From: Bacilli bacterium
GTDB lineage: Bacteria; Bacillota_I; Bacilli_A; RFN20; CAG-826
Assembly: GCA_028705995.1 (NCBI GenBank)
Contig: JAQWCH010000001.1
Coordinates: forward strand, 4,166-68,165
DNA length: 64,000 nt
Direction: 5' to 3'
Shown here: positions 38,756-47,490 of the stretch, piece after piece
Layout of the letters: each line of letters opens with the position of its first letter
How positions within the stretch are numbered: position 1 is the first letter of the stretch
Made by a program: the position numbers and the translations under genes
Notes under the pieces: model-generated
Told to the model about the DNA's origin: nothing
Seen by the model: only the letters and a program-made list of their open reading frames with translations
The model's database searches: none

Positions 38756-38782
38756 AAGGTCAATATTTATTGACCTTTTTTT
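38756..38782 (+). terminator. Intrinsic terminator closing the beta-glucoside operon
   Basis: AAGGTCAAT-ATTT-ATTGACCTT hairpin followed by a 7-nt T-run. Confidence 0.85.
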
Positions 38783-38835
38783 ATTAACATTTTTACCATA
38801 TCAATGTTAATATAAATATGAGGTTTTATTGATGT

Positions 38836-40134
38836 ATGGATTTTTTAGTTGTTGCTAGTGAAATAATTAAGCAAGTTTATAATGGAGGTCTCCCGTTAGC
38901 GGTTGCCGCACGACGCTATTTTGCTGACGCAGATCTTAATTCCGATGAGCAAAGACGGATTAAGGGTCTTTTGTCTTGTCAGATGCATCATCACTACGCG
39001 ATTGCCGATGTACTGAAACGTGCAAATTTGGAATTTTCAGCTGATTTAAATCCACTTTTGTGGCTTGTGGTAGCGAATGGCGCTTGTTACCATCAATACC
39101 CAGTCGAAGAAGTGATGACTAGTGCGAAAAAAATATTTATATCGGCTGGCGTTGAATTTCCAGAGAGCGAATTGTTGGCTATCATTGAACAATCAACTAA
39201 TCCGCAAAAATTACTGAGTGGTGATTATGACCAAGAATCAAGTGAATATTTATCACTTAGGTATAACACACCAGTCTGGTTAGTGAAAATGTGGCAAAAA
39301 CATCTTGGACAAGCTGTAACGATCAAATTAATGGCCGCTAACCAAAGACGTGTGCAACAAACGCTGCGCCTTAATCCAATGAAAAACAAAACAATTGATG
39401 AAATTTGCATTAGTGATATAGACTTTGTGCCTGGTCCAACTGCTCAAACGCTGATTTATCGTGCGCGCCCGAATATAAAACATCACCCACTTTTCCGCGA
39501 TAAATTTATTTTCCAACAACGTTTGGCCGTTTCGCAAGTTATGGCAGAACTCGAACCCAAAACAATGATTAATTGCTTGATTTATGAAGCAAGACCACAG
39601 GCTATTTATTTAGATCTTGCTGTTTTTTCTGGTGGTGAACTAAAGATTGATATGGCGGTTACGAGTGATCGAAGACGACTCGATGTTGTTAATACCGCTG
39701 CAAGTTTTGGACTAAAAAATGTTCATTCATTTGTCTCAAAGCCATCGGCGATGATTACACATATTCGCGATGAGTACGATCTAGTTGTCGTTATTCCCGA
39801 TTCTTCAAGTTTTGATTTAATTCGCACGGTCCCGGATTTCTTTGTTCATTTTAAGCAAGAGTCAATGGATGAGTTAATTTTCCACCAAAATGAAGCGCTT
39901 CGTGAATGCAGTCAGTTCGTCGCTCCTGGCGGAAAACTTCTTTACGTCATCAACACAGTTTCGCATAAAGAAGGGCATGGCCTTACTGTGGAATTCTTAA
40001 AACAAAATCGTGAATTTAATCTACTCGGTGAGAAACAATATTTGCCGTTTGATCGTTATAATTCAACGTTATATGCCGCCCTCTTAGAAAGAAACACCGC
40101 AGTGGAACAATCGAATGAAACGCAACCTTTATGA
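38836..40134 (+). CDS. RsmB/NOL1/NOP2/Sun-like protein with degenerate catalytic motifs (probable pseudo-methyltransferase)
   Basis: Occupies the rsmB position upstream of rlmN-prpC-prkC-rpe. Aligns by eye to RsmB motifs I, IV and VI, but with DLAVFSGGE, IPDSSSF and YVINTVS in place of DLCAAPGGKT, DAPCSG and ATCS. Confidence 0.7.
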   Translation: MDFLVVASEIIKQVYNGGLPLAVAARRYFADADLNSDEQRRIKGLLSCQMHHHYAIADVLKRANLEFSADLNPLLWLVVANGACYHQYPVEEVMTSAKKIFISAGVEFPESELLAIIEQSTNPQKLLSGDYDQESSEYLSLRYNTPVWLVKMWQKHLGQAVTIKLMAANQRRVQQTLRLNPMKNKTIDEICISDIDFVPGPTAQTLIYRARPNIKHHPLFRDKFIFQQRLAVSQVMAELEPKTMINCLIYEARPQAIYLDLAVFSGGELKIDMAVTSDRRRLDVVNTAASFGLKNVHSFVSKPSAMITHIRDEYDLVVVIPDSSSFDLIRTVPDFFVHFKQESMDELIFHQNEALRECSQFVAPGGKLLYVINTVSHKEGHGLTVEFLKQNREFNLLGEKQYLPFDRYNSTLYAALLERNTAVEQSNETQPL

Positions 40135-41161
40135 TTACGCACGTGAACAACTAAGTGCTTTACTCGTCCTTGAAGGACAAAAACCCTATCGCGCTACACA
40201 ACTATTTAAATGGATTTATCAAAAAAATATCACTGATTTTTCCCTAATGAGTGATATAGCCCAAAACTATCGAGAGCATTTAGCGGATAATTTTTGTTTG
40301 ACGTTACCAAAAATTGCGACAATGCAAAAAAGTGCTGATGGCACGATTAAATTACTTTTAGAACTTGAAGATGGGGCAAAAATTGAAACAGTATTGATGC
40401 GTTACAACTATGGAAATGTCGCTTGTGTTTCTAGCCAAGTTGGCTGTAACATGGGATGTAAATTTTGTGCTTCTGGTTTGTTGAAAAAAAAGCGTAATTT
40501 AACCCCGTCAGAAATGACTGGACAAGTTTTGGTTTTAAATCAGCTTTTATTACTTGAAGAAGTACCAGGTCGTGTTAGCCATGTTGTTGTCATGGGGACG
40601 GGTGAACCATTTGATAACTATGATCATGTGATGACTTTTATCCAAACAATTAATGATCCACATGCCTTAGCAATTGGTGCGCGCCACATTACCGTTTCGA
40701 CATGCGGAATTCCCGATAAAATCCGCCTTTATGGTCAATCAGGTTTACAAATTAATCTGGCGATTTCACTTCACGCACCAAATGATGAAATTCGTAATCA
40801 AATTATGCCAATCAATCAAGCCTATCCACTTAAAGACTTGATGGCGGCCGTTCAAGATTATGAGAAAAATGCTGGTCGGCGAGTCACATTTGAATATATT
40901 CTTCTTTCCGGGATTAATGATCAAGAAGAACATGCTGATCAGTTAGCCAAATTGATTCGTCCAACTTTTGCTTATGTTAATTTAATCCCATATAACGAAG
41001 TTGATGAGCATGGGTTTAAACGCTCGAATGATCGTGCGGTGTCTAAGTTCTTTTCACGCTTAAAAAAACGTGGTGTTAACGTTACAATCCGGCGCGAATT
41101 CGGGTCGGATATAGATGCAGCATGTGGTCAATTACGCGCCAAGGAGGATGCTAAAAAATGA
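40115..41161 (+). CDS. rlmN: 23S rRNA/tRNA adenine-C2 methyltransferase RlmN (radical SAM)
   Basis: CNMGCKFCASG radical-SAM cluster motif and MGTGEP. 348 aa. Confidence 0.95.
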   Translation: MKRNLYDYAREQLSALLVLEGQKPYRATQLFKWIYQKNITDFSLMSDIAQNYREHLADNFCLTLPKIATMQKSADGTIKLLLELEDGAKIETVLMRYNYGNVACVSSQVGCNMGCKFCASGLLKKKRNLTPSEMTGQVLVLNQLLLLEEVPGRVSHVVVMGTGEPFDNYDHVMTFIQTINDPHALAIGARHITVSTCGIPDKIRLYGQSGLQINLAISLHAPNDEIRNQIMPINQAYPLKDLMAAVQDYEKNAGRRVTFEYILLSGINDQEEHADQLAKLIRPTFAYVNLIPYNEVDEHGFKRSNDRAVSKFFSRLKKRGVNVTIRREFGSDIDAACGQLRAKEDAKK

Positions 41162-41901
41162 AACTAATTGGAAATTATTGCACGCGAATTGATCGTGGGC
41201 AAGTGCGTTATTCAAACGAAGATCAAGCACTCATTTTAACCAATCCGCACGGTGATATTTTAATGCTAGTCGCTGATGGTATGGGCGGCCATGCTCAAGG
41301 TGATTTAGCGGCGCGTCTAGCAATTGATACGATAGCCCGGGCTTACCGCAACCGCCCTTATTTTCTTACACGCAAAAGTGCGGAAATGTGGTTAACCAAA
41401 ACGATTCGCCATGCCAATAGTGTGATTTATCGTGAGGCACAAAATAATCCGGATTATCGCGATATGGGTACAACTCTTGTTGCAGCGTTAATCCGCACTA
41501 ATGATTTAACCCTTGTCAATGCTGGTGATTCACGTGCTTACTGGCTAGAAAATGGGCGGTTAAATTTATTAACGGAAGATCAAACACTTGTTTCATATTT
41601 AGCAAAAACCGGGCAAATTCGTCCGGAAGAAAAAAAAACACATCCGCGCCGGCATGTGTTAATCAATGCGCTTGGTGTTGACCCCTCAGTTAGTCTAGAT
41701 GTTTTTAAACTTGATTATCTCGATCAAACTATTTTGCTTTGTTCTGATGGGCTTTATAATCACGTTAATGATGATGAAATCGAAGCCGTGCTTTTGACTG
41801 ATGATAGTGTTGAAGAAAAGGCAACAATGCTTGTCACTAACGCGAATAACAACGGAGGCACCGATAATATTGCCGTCGCTTTATGGGAGCGTGAGTTATG
41901 A
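41158..41901 (+). CDS. prpC: PP2C-family Ser/Thr protein phosphatase (PrpC/Stp)
   Basis: ADGMGGH, GDSR, CSDGL and DN(I/T) motifs. 247 aa. 4-nt overlaps with both neighbours. Confidence 0.9.
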   Translation: MKLIGNYCTRIDRGQVRYSNEDQALILTNPHGDILMLVADGMGGHAQGDLAARLAIDTIARAYRNRPYFLTRKSAEMWLTKTIRHANSVIYREAQNNPDYRDMGTTLVAALIRTNDLTLVNAGDSRAYWLENGRLNLLTEDQTLVSYLAKTGQIRPEEKKTHPRRHVLINALGVDPSVSLDVFKLDYLDQTILLCSDGLYNHVNDDEIEAVLLTDDSVEEKATMLVTNANNNGGTDNIAVALWEREL

Positions 41902-42785
41902 GACCACTTGGTCAAGTAATTGATCAGCGTTATCGGATTACCGCTTTTTTAGGCGCTGGTGGCATGGCCGAAGTCTACGAAGCTAAAGATATTATTATGC
42001 GGCGTTTAGTCGCGGTCAAAATCATCAAAGATGATGTGCTCGATAATCCGCAAAATGTTTTACGTTTTGAACGTGAAGCACGCGCGGCGGCATCACTTGA
42101 TCATCCAAATATTGTCGCTGTTTTAAACTTAGGTAGTGACGATGGTCATCCTTATATGGTTAATGAATTAATTAACGGTGTAAATTTAGGTGCAGCCTTA
42201 GAGACACGCACTCGCTTTACACATCGGGAAACACTTGATATCATCAATCAACTTTGTTCAGCGGTCATCTGCGCACATGAAAATGGTGTTATTCATCGCG
42301 ATATCAAACCAGCAAATATTTATATGACACCTGCTGGGATTATTAAACTTGGTGATTTTGGAATTGCGCAAATTTTAGCTTCCCCAAAAATGACTAATAG
42401 CCAAGATATTATTGGTTCTGCACATTATTTAGCCCCGGAAGTGTCGCAAGGAAAGTCAGCTTCGATTCAAAGTGATTTATATGCAATTGGCGTCACCTTT
42501 TTCGAAATTGCCACTGGTCATTTACCTTATGAAGCAGAAACAAATGTAGCGATTGCCGTCAAGCATATTAAAGAAAAATTTCCAAGTCCACGCAAATATT
42601 TACCGCTTTTTCCCAAAGCAATGGAAAAGATTATGCTCAAAGCATGCAAGAAAAATCCGCGTGATCGATATAAAACTGTGCGTGATTTTCAAAAAGAAAT
42701 TCAAAATCTACTGGCGAATCCAAATTTATTAAAGCCCCGCCAATCATTCTTTGTTCGCTTTTTTGGTTTTGCCACAGATGAATGA
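41898..42785 (+). CDS. prkC: Hanks-type Ser/Thr protein kinase, catalytic domain only (no TM or PASTA region)
   Basis: GAGGMAEVY Gly-loop, VAVK, HRDIKPANI, DFG and APE motifs. Only 295 aa, with no hydrophobic segment after the kinase domain. Confidence 0.85.
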   Translation: MRPLGQVIDQRYRITAFLGAGGMAEVYEAKDIIMRRLVAVKIIKDDVLDNPQNVLRFEREARAAASLDHPNIVAVLNLGSDDGHPYMVNELINGVNLGAALETRTRFTHRETLDIINQLCSAVICAHENGVIHRDIKPANIYMTPAGIIKLGDFGIAQILASPKMTNSQDIIGSAHYLAPEVSQGKSASIQSDLYAIGVTFFEIATGHLPYEAETNVAIAVKHIKEKFPSPRKYLPLFPKAMEKIMLKACKKNPRDRYKTVRDFQKEIQNLLANPNLLKPRQSFFVRFFGFATDE

Positions 42786-42826
42786 GTATAATAAGACTAA
42801 CAGTTGATTAGAAAGTGAGTCAGTTT

Positions 42827-43498
42827 ATGAAAAAGCCATTATCAATCGCCCCATCATTATTATCAGCAGATTTCGCTCATCTTGCTGATGAGATTAATCG
42901 TGTAAGCCAAGCGGGATTACATTATCTACATTTTGATGTTATGGACGGTCACTTTGTGCCAAACATAAGTTTTGGCGTGCCGATTCTAAAAGCAATTAAT
43001 CGTTTAAATTCCGGCTTAATTAATGATGTTCATTTAATGATTAGTGACCCACTTAAATATGCACCCGACTTTATTAAGGCTGGCGCTGATATTATCACTT
43101 TTCATGTAGAGGCATGTGCGACACATGAAGAAGTTATTTCATTAATTAATCTACTCAAAAAGGCTAAAGTACAAATCGGTGTTTCGCTTAAACCAGCAAC
43201 ACCAGTTCAAATTATCGAACGATATTTAGCTATGGTTGACTTAGTGCTTGTGATGAGTGTGGAACCCGGTTTTGGTGGACAAGAGTTTATGCCAAATGCA
43301 TTAGAAAAAATCCGCGAACTAGTAAAAATTAAGCAAGCTAATGACTTACATTTTGTGATTGAAGTCGATGGTGGAATTAATGAAGTGACCGCTCCCTTAG
43401 TCCGCGCATCTGGCGTCGATATTATTGTCGCGGGCTCCTATTTATTTGGACACACCGATTTTAAAAAACGTGTGGAGTTATTACAAAATGACGAATAG
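42827..43498 (+). CDS. rpe: Ribulose-phosphate 3-epimerase
   Basis: IAPSLLSADF, HFDVMDGHFVPN and VDGGI motifs. The start is taken at ATG 42827 rather than GTG 42815. Confidence 0.95.
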   Translation: MKKPLSIAPSLLSADFAHLADEINRVSQAGLHYLHFDVMDGHFVPNISFGVPILKAINRLNSGLINDVHLMISDPLKYAPDFIKAGADIITFHVEACATHEEVISLINLLKKAKVQIGVSLKPATPVQIIERYLAMVDLVLVMSVEPGFGGQEFMPNALEKIRELVKIKQANDLHFVIEVDGGINEVTAPLVRASGVDIIVAGSYLFGHTDFKKRVELLQNDE

Positions 43499-44150
43499 TC
43501 CATTATCCTTTACACTTGTCATCGCTGTTTTCTTGTTTCTAGCAATTGACTTAATTGCCAGTCAAGAAAGTTTTTTTCGGCAACAACAAAGCCGTTTTAA
43601 TTTTTTAAATTCATTACCTTTTGAGCTTTCTCAAGGTGCGCATAAAAGCTTTTTACCGATTCATTTTGGTTTAATCTCACTAAGTATGTTGAGTTATATT
43701 TTATTTCCAATTATTGTACTGCCAAGTGGATCAACCCAATTTTATTACTCCATTATCATTTATGTGATGATGGCGATTTCCGGCTTGATTATTTTATCGT
43801 TATTTATCATTACAATGAACAATTATCGACTTCATTTATTTGCCCTTGCTTTACTTTTTGCGACAACAATTGGGGAGTCAGTTGGACTTACACTTTATTT
43901 GTTGCAATCACCCTTTGGTTCATATCCATTACCACTGGCGTTTTTTGCGGCGGTTCCAGCAATTCTCACTTTAGGATTTGCCTTCAATCCACGCCTCAGC
44001 AAATGGCCGATAATGGATAAGCGCGAACTTCAAGATGGTACTTTGCAAATTCTGCGCCCACGATATTTTGTCCTAGCCTATACAGAATGGGCATTAATAA
44101 TGATTAATCTTATCTTTGTTCTTTACTTTTTCATTGTTAGTGTGCTTTAA
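43488..44150 (+). CDS. Hypothetical polytopic membrane protein
   Basis: About 220 aa with 6-7 hydrophobic helices. Its ATG overlaps the rpe stop region by 11 nt. No family recognised. Confidence 0.6.
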   Translation: MTNSPLSFTLVIAVFLFLAIDLIASQESFFRQQQSRFNFLNSLPFELSQGAHKSFLPIHFGLISLSMLSYILFPIIVLPSGSTQFYYSIIIYVMMAISGLIILSLFIITMNNYRLHLFALALLFATTIGESVGLTLYLLQSPFGSYPLPLAFFAAVPAILTLGFAFNPRLSKWPIMDKRELQDGTLQILRPRYFVLAYTEWALIMINLIFVLYFFIVSVL

Positions 44151-44197
44151 TTTCAACGGTATAACTGCAATATCATATTCTCAAGGAGGACCGAATA

Positions 44198-45160
44198 ATG
44201 ATTACAATCTATCAACAAACTGATGGTAATTTACAAGCAAAAAGCGGCGATATTACCCTTCTTGACGAACTCAGTCCGGGGATGTGGATTGATTTAATTG
44301 CCCCATCTTATGACGACATCATTGCCGTTAGTCAAGCGACGGGAATAAATGCGGAACTGCTCTTAACGACCCTCGATAGTGAAGAAAGTTCACACGTTGA
44401 AAGCGAAGATGGGGATTTACTCATCGTTTTAGACGCGCCACTTATCATTGATGATCACGGACAAAAATATGAAACAACACCAGTTTCGCTCGCCTACAAC
44501 AAAGATTATTTTGTAACGATTGCCGTTCAAGATATTCAAATTATGCCGATGACATTAGCAAAAAACCGCAAGATTAACCCAGCCAATCATGTTCATTTTA
44601 CTTTAATGGTATTTAACCGTTTATCAGCCTTATTTATTTATTACTTAAAGAAAATTGATGGAGCAACACGTGAACTTTCGATTCGGTTACGCTCATCATA
44701 CAAGAACAAAGAACTTTATGAGTTATTAGATTTCTCGACGACGATGGTATATTTTTCAACCGCCTTAAATGCCGATATTGCGACCTTGATGCAATTGAAG
44801 CGCCTGCCAGGTTACAAAAATCAAGAAGAAGAACTTGATTTTATTGAAGACGTTGAAATAGAACTTAATCAAGCGCGGGATATGGCGAATGTGTTCCGCG
44901 ATGTATTATCATCAACAATGGATGCTTTTGCTTCGATTATTTCAAACAATTTAAATATTGTAATGAAAACATTTGCCGTTGTTTCGATTGTGTTAACTGT
45001 CCCGACAATTATTGCAAGTCTTTATGGTATGAACATTATCAATATTCCATTAGCCGATAATCCTGGCGCTTTTTGGATTGTCTTATTAATTTCTGCTGTT
45101 CTAGCAGCGATTAGCGGGGTCTTTTTATTTCTCTATCAAAAGACAATTCGCCGGAAATAA
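44198..45160 (+). CDS. corA: CorA family magnesium/cobalt transporter
   Basis: YGMN signature (LYGMNI) before the last TM helix. 320 aa. AAGGAGG RBS. Confidence 0.9.
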   Translation: MITIYQQTDGNLQAKSGDITLLDELSPGMWIDLIAPSYDDIIAVSQATGINAELLLTTLDSEESSHVESEDGDLLIVLDAPLIIDDHGQKYETTPVSLAYNKDYFVTIAVQDIQIMPMTLAKNRKINPANHVHFTLMVFNRLSALFIYYLKKIDGATRELSIRLRSSYKNKELYELLDFSTTMVYFSTALNADIATLMQLKRLPGYKNQEEELDFIEDVEIELNQARDMANVFRDVLSSTMDAFASIISNNLNIVMKTFAVVSIVLTVPTIIASLYGMNIINIPLADNPGAFWIVLLISAVLAAISGVFLFLYQKTIRRK

Positions 45161-45174
45161 TCAGCAAGTAGATA

Positions 45175-45208
45175 TAAAAAAAGCGTCGCATGAGCGACGC
45201 ATTTTTTG
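45175..45208. terminator. Bidirectional intrinsic terminator between corA and rpmB
   Basis: GCGTCGC-ATGA-GCGACGC hairpin flanked by an A-run and a T-run. Confidence 0.85.
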
Positions 45209-45219
45209 TTTCAGGATAA

Positions 45220-45414
45220 TTAGGCTTTTTTCGCCGTTTTATTTAACGTGCGATAAGCACGTGTCGACATACGGATGGTGCGCACAGTACCATCAATATT
45301 GATCTTAAATGGTTGTAAATTCACATTCCAACTGCGACGGGTCGCCCGTAAAGAGTGCGAACGATTATTACCACTGATTTTATGTTTTCCGGTTACCGGA
45401 CAAACTCTTGCCAT
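45220..45414 (-). CDS. rpmB: 50S ribosomal protein L28
   Basis: MARVCPVTGKHKISGNNRSHSLRATRRSWNVNLQ, 64 aa. Confidence 0.95.
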   Translation of the reverse strand: MARVCPVTGKHKISGNNRSHSLRATRRSWNVNLQPFKINIDGTVRTIRMSTRAYRTLNKTAKKA

Positions 45415-45492
45415 ATTGCCACCTCCAAAAAAAGATTTTGCTTATAGATAATAGCATAAGCACTTAGTGAGAGCAAGAAAAAACATCGGAAA

Positions 45493-46002
45493 TTAGAATT
45501 TCGTTTTTGGATAGCGAATTTGATACTCTTCTTGAGAAATTAAATGCTTACAGCGCTCGATTACCGCTTGATAGATTTTCATTTCACTATCCATCGGTAA
45601 GTAGCGTTCATGGCCTTGTTTTGTATAGAAAAGTAAGACTTTATGTTTTTCGCTATAAACTTGATCAATGTAAAGAATATCACTGTAATAGTAGACAAGT
45701 AATTTATTGCCTTTGTGGTGTGTTAGTGATTTTTTCCCAATCTCATACCAGTTCATTTTAATTCCAAGAATCATTGTAATTAAAGCGATAACAATTGGTA
45801 AGGTCACAAACAAAATATCGCCGGCGAGCGGTGGCCACTTCCACGAACCAAAGGTAAAATAAAAAATTGCCGCCATAACAATACCAGCGATTGTATAATT
45901 TAAAATCGTCTTGCGTGGAGATGCATAAACTTTCATATGGCTAGTATAGCAATTAGGGGCGTAATTTGCACGATTTTTTACCGATTTTCCCTTTAAGCCC
46001 AT
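45493..46002 (-). CDS. Hypothetical small membrane protein (2 TM plus C-terminal soluble domain)
   Basis: ORF 45493..46089. The longest form overlaps the jetA-like start and promoter, so an internal start (46002 or 45936) is more likely. No family recognised. Confidence 0.5.
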   Translation of the reverse strand: MGLKGKSVKNRANYAPNCYTSHMKVYASPRKTILNYTIAGIVMAAIFYFTFGSWKWPPLAGDILFVTLPIVIALITMILGIKMNWYEIGKKSLTHHKGNKLLVYYYSDILYIDQVYSEKHKVLLFYTKQGHERYLPMDSEMKIYQAVIERCKHLISQEEYQIRYPKTKF

Positions 46003-46012
46003 AGTGGAAATA

Positions 46013-46021
46013 TGGTAAAAT
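46013..46021 (+). promoter_or_regulatory. Extended -10 (TGGTAAAAT) upstream of the jetA-like gene
   Basis: Read directly from the sequence. GAGGAGG RBS at 46036-46042 and ATG at 46049. Confidence 0.45.
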
Positions 46022-46048
46022 ATTTTTGAATAGGCGAGGAGGAAAAAA

Positions 46049-47488
46049 ATGAGTTTATTTACGATTATTCCTGATAAATTTTTTTCCATTCTCGCGTCGC
46101 CAAACCGCGAGATTTATGCCGATGCCCTTGTTGTTTTATTTCAATCGCTAAAGACCGATGAACTCGCGATGAAAAAAAGCGACTACGTCCGTACCTTGCG
46201 CGATAAAGCGACTAATGAAATTCTCAAGTTTGATCTTGCTGCTGATGAAGATAGTGAAATGAGTGATGAAGAAGAAGCCAATCAAATATCCAATCAAACG
46301 CTAGCGACGAAAACAGCGGCGATTGTTCGACGCTTAGAAGAAACTGGTTGGATTGATATCCAAATCGACGGTAATGACTTCGAAGAATATATCGCTCTTC
46401 CTTCCTACTCAATTCAGTTTTTAGAACTAATTAATGAAATCATCACAAAACGTGAAGGCGAATATGTTTCGCTAGTTCATGCGACCTATAGCGAACTCCG
46501 GCTTGAAGATGATCATCCCGATGAATTCATGTATGCAACGTTGATGCGCGCTTACGAGAATACGCGGGAATTACGGACCGAACTTGTCACACTTGGTCAC
46601 TCAATTCGAATTTTCCAAAATCGCTTAGGCCGCGTTTTTTCGACAAACTCGATTTTGCATGATTATTTTGATAATTATAAAGACCACGTTTCCGATCGTT
46701 ATTATCACCCTTTAAAAACATTTGATTCGGTCGCTAAATTTAAACGACCAATTGTGATGATTTTGCAACGCTGGTTGCGCGACGAAGAAATTCGGGCGTT
46801 ACTAGTTAATCAAGCTTTAATCTACACCCGGAAAAAATCACCAACCGAGGTTGAACGTGATTTAATTACAAAAATTAACTATATTTGCGATATGTACGAT
46901 ACATTGAGCGAGATGATTAATCAAATCGATGAAAAACATCAAGATTATACAAAGTCTTCAGCAAGCAAAATTCTTTATCTCAATGCTCAAGACAAAACAA
47001 TCAAAGGACATTTGGATAATATTTTCCGCTACTACGCCCAAGGCGTCTTAAGTGGCGTTGGTATTGTTCCATTAGTCCGAGACATGCAAGAAGCAATTGT
47101 GTTAAACCAACAAGGTTTCATTGATACAGATTCAGTTACATTACCGATTGTGCGTCAATATCGCCAAGAGAGTGAACCATTATCGATTATCGATTTTGGT
47201 GATGTTTCTGATATGCTTATGCGCGGCTTTTTGGATGAAACACGGAATGTTTTTACCGATGATCGCGTTTATGATTTTATGGAAACGGCATTTGGTGATT
47301 CCTCAGAAATGCGAATTGAAGAAATTTCATTACCCGACTTTGATGCCTTTATCCTGTTGATTTTAGCTTCGCTTAAGACGAATGATGAAAATTGTTTTTA
47401 TACGATGGAAATGGAAGATGGCCAAATTATCTCACAAGGCTACTCCCTCCCACGTTTTATTTTTAAACGAAAGGAATTGGAAGTTTAA
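46049..47488 (+). CDS. jetA: JetA/MksF-like kleisin-type subunit of an SMC-like (Wadjet/Mks) complex
   Basis: 479 aa. It is the first gene of a coupled 480/210/1125-aa operon whose order and sizes match MukF-E-B and JetA-B-C. The assignment rests on context, size and a helical, acidic-loop architecture, not on a named motif. Confidence 0.5.
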   Translation: MSLFTIIPDKFFSILASPNREIYADALVVLFQSLKTDELAMKKSDYVRTLRDKATNEILKFDLAADEDSEMSDEEEANQISNQTLATKTAAIVRRLEETGWIDIQIDGNDFEEYIALPSYSIQFLELINEIITKREGEYVSLVHATYSELRLEDDHPDEFMYATLMRAYENTRELRTELVTLGHSIRIFQNRLGRVFSTNSILHDYFDNYKDHVSDRYYHPLKTFDSVAKFKRPIVMILQRWLRDEEIRALLVNQALIYTRKKSPTEVERDLITKINYICDMYDTLSEMINQIDEKHQDYTKSSASKILYLNAQDKTIKGHLDNIFRYYAQGVLSGVGIVPLVRDMQEAIVLNQQGFIDTDSVTLPIVRQYRQESEPLSIIDFGDVSDMLMRGFLDETRNVFTDDRVYDFMETAFGDSSEMRIEEISLPDFDAFILLILASLKTNDENCFYTMEMEDGQIISQGYSLPRFIFKRKELEV

Positions 47489-47490
47489 TT

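Noticed and set aside
42784-42795. A TATAAT hexamer in TGAGTATAAT just after the kinase stop, considered as an internal promoter for rpe.
   Set aside because: It is plausible, but there is no recognisable -35 and the TG is mis-spaced for an extended -10. AT-rich DNA gives many such hexamers, so I did not report it as a feature.
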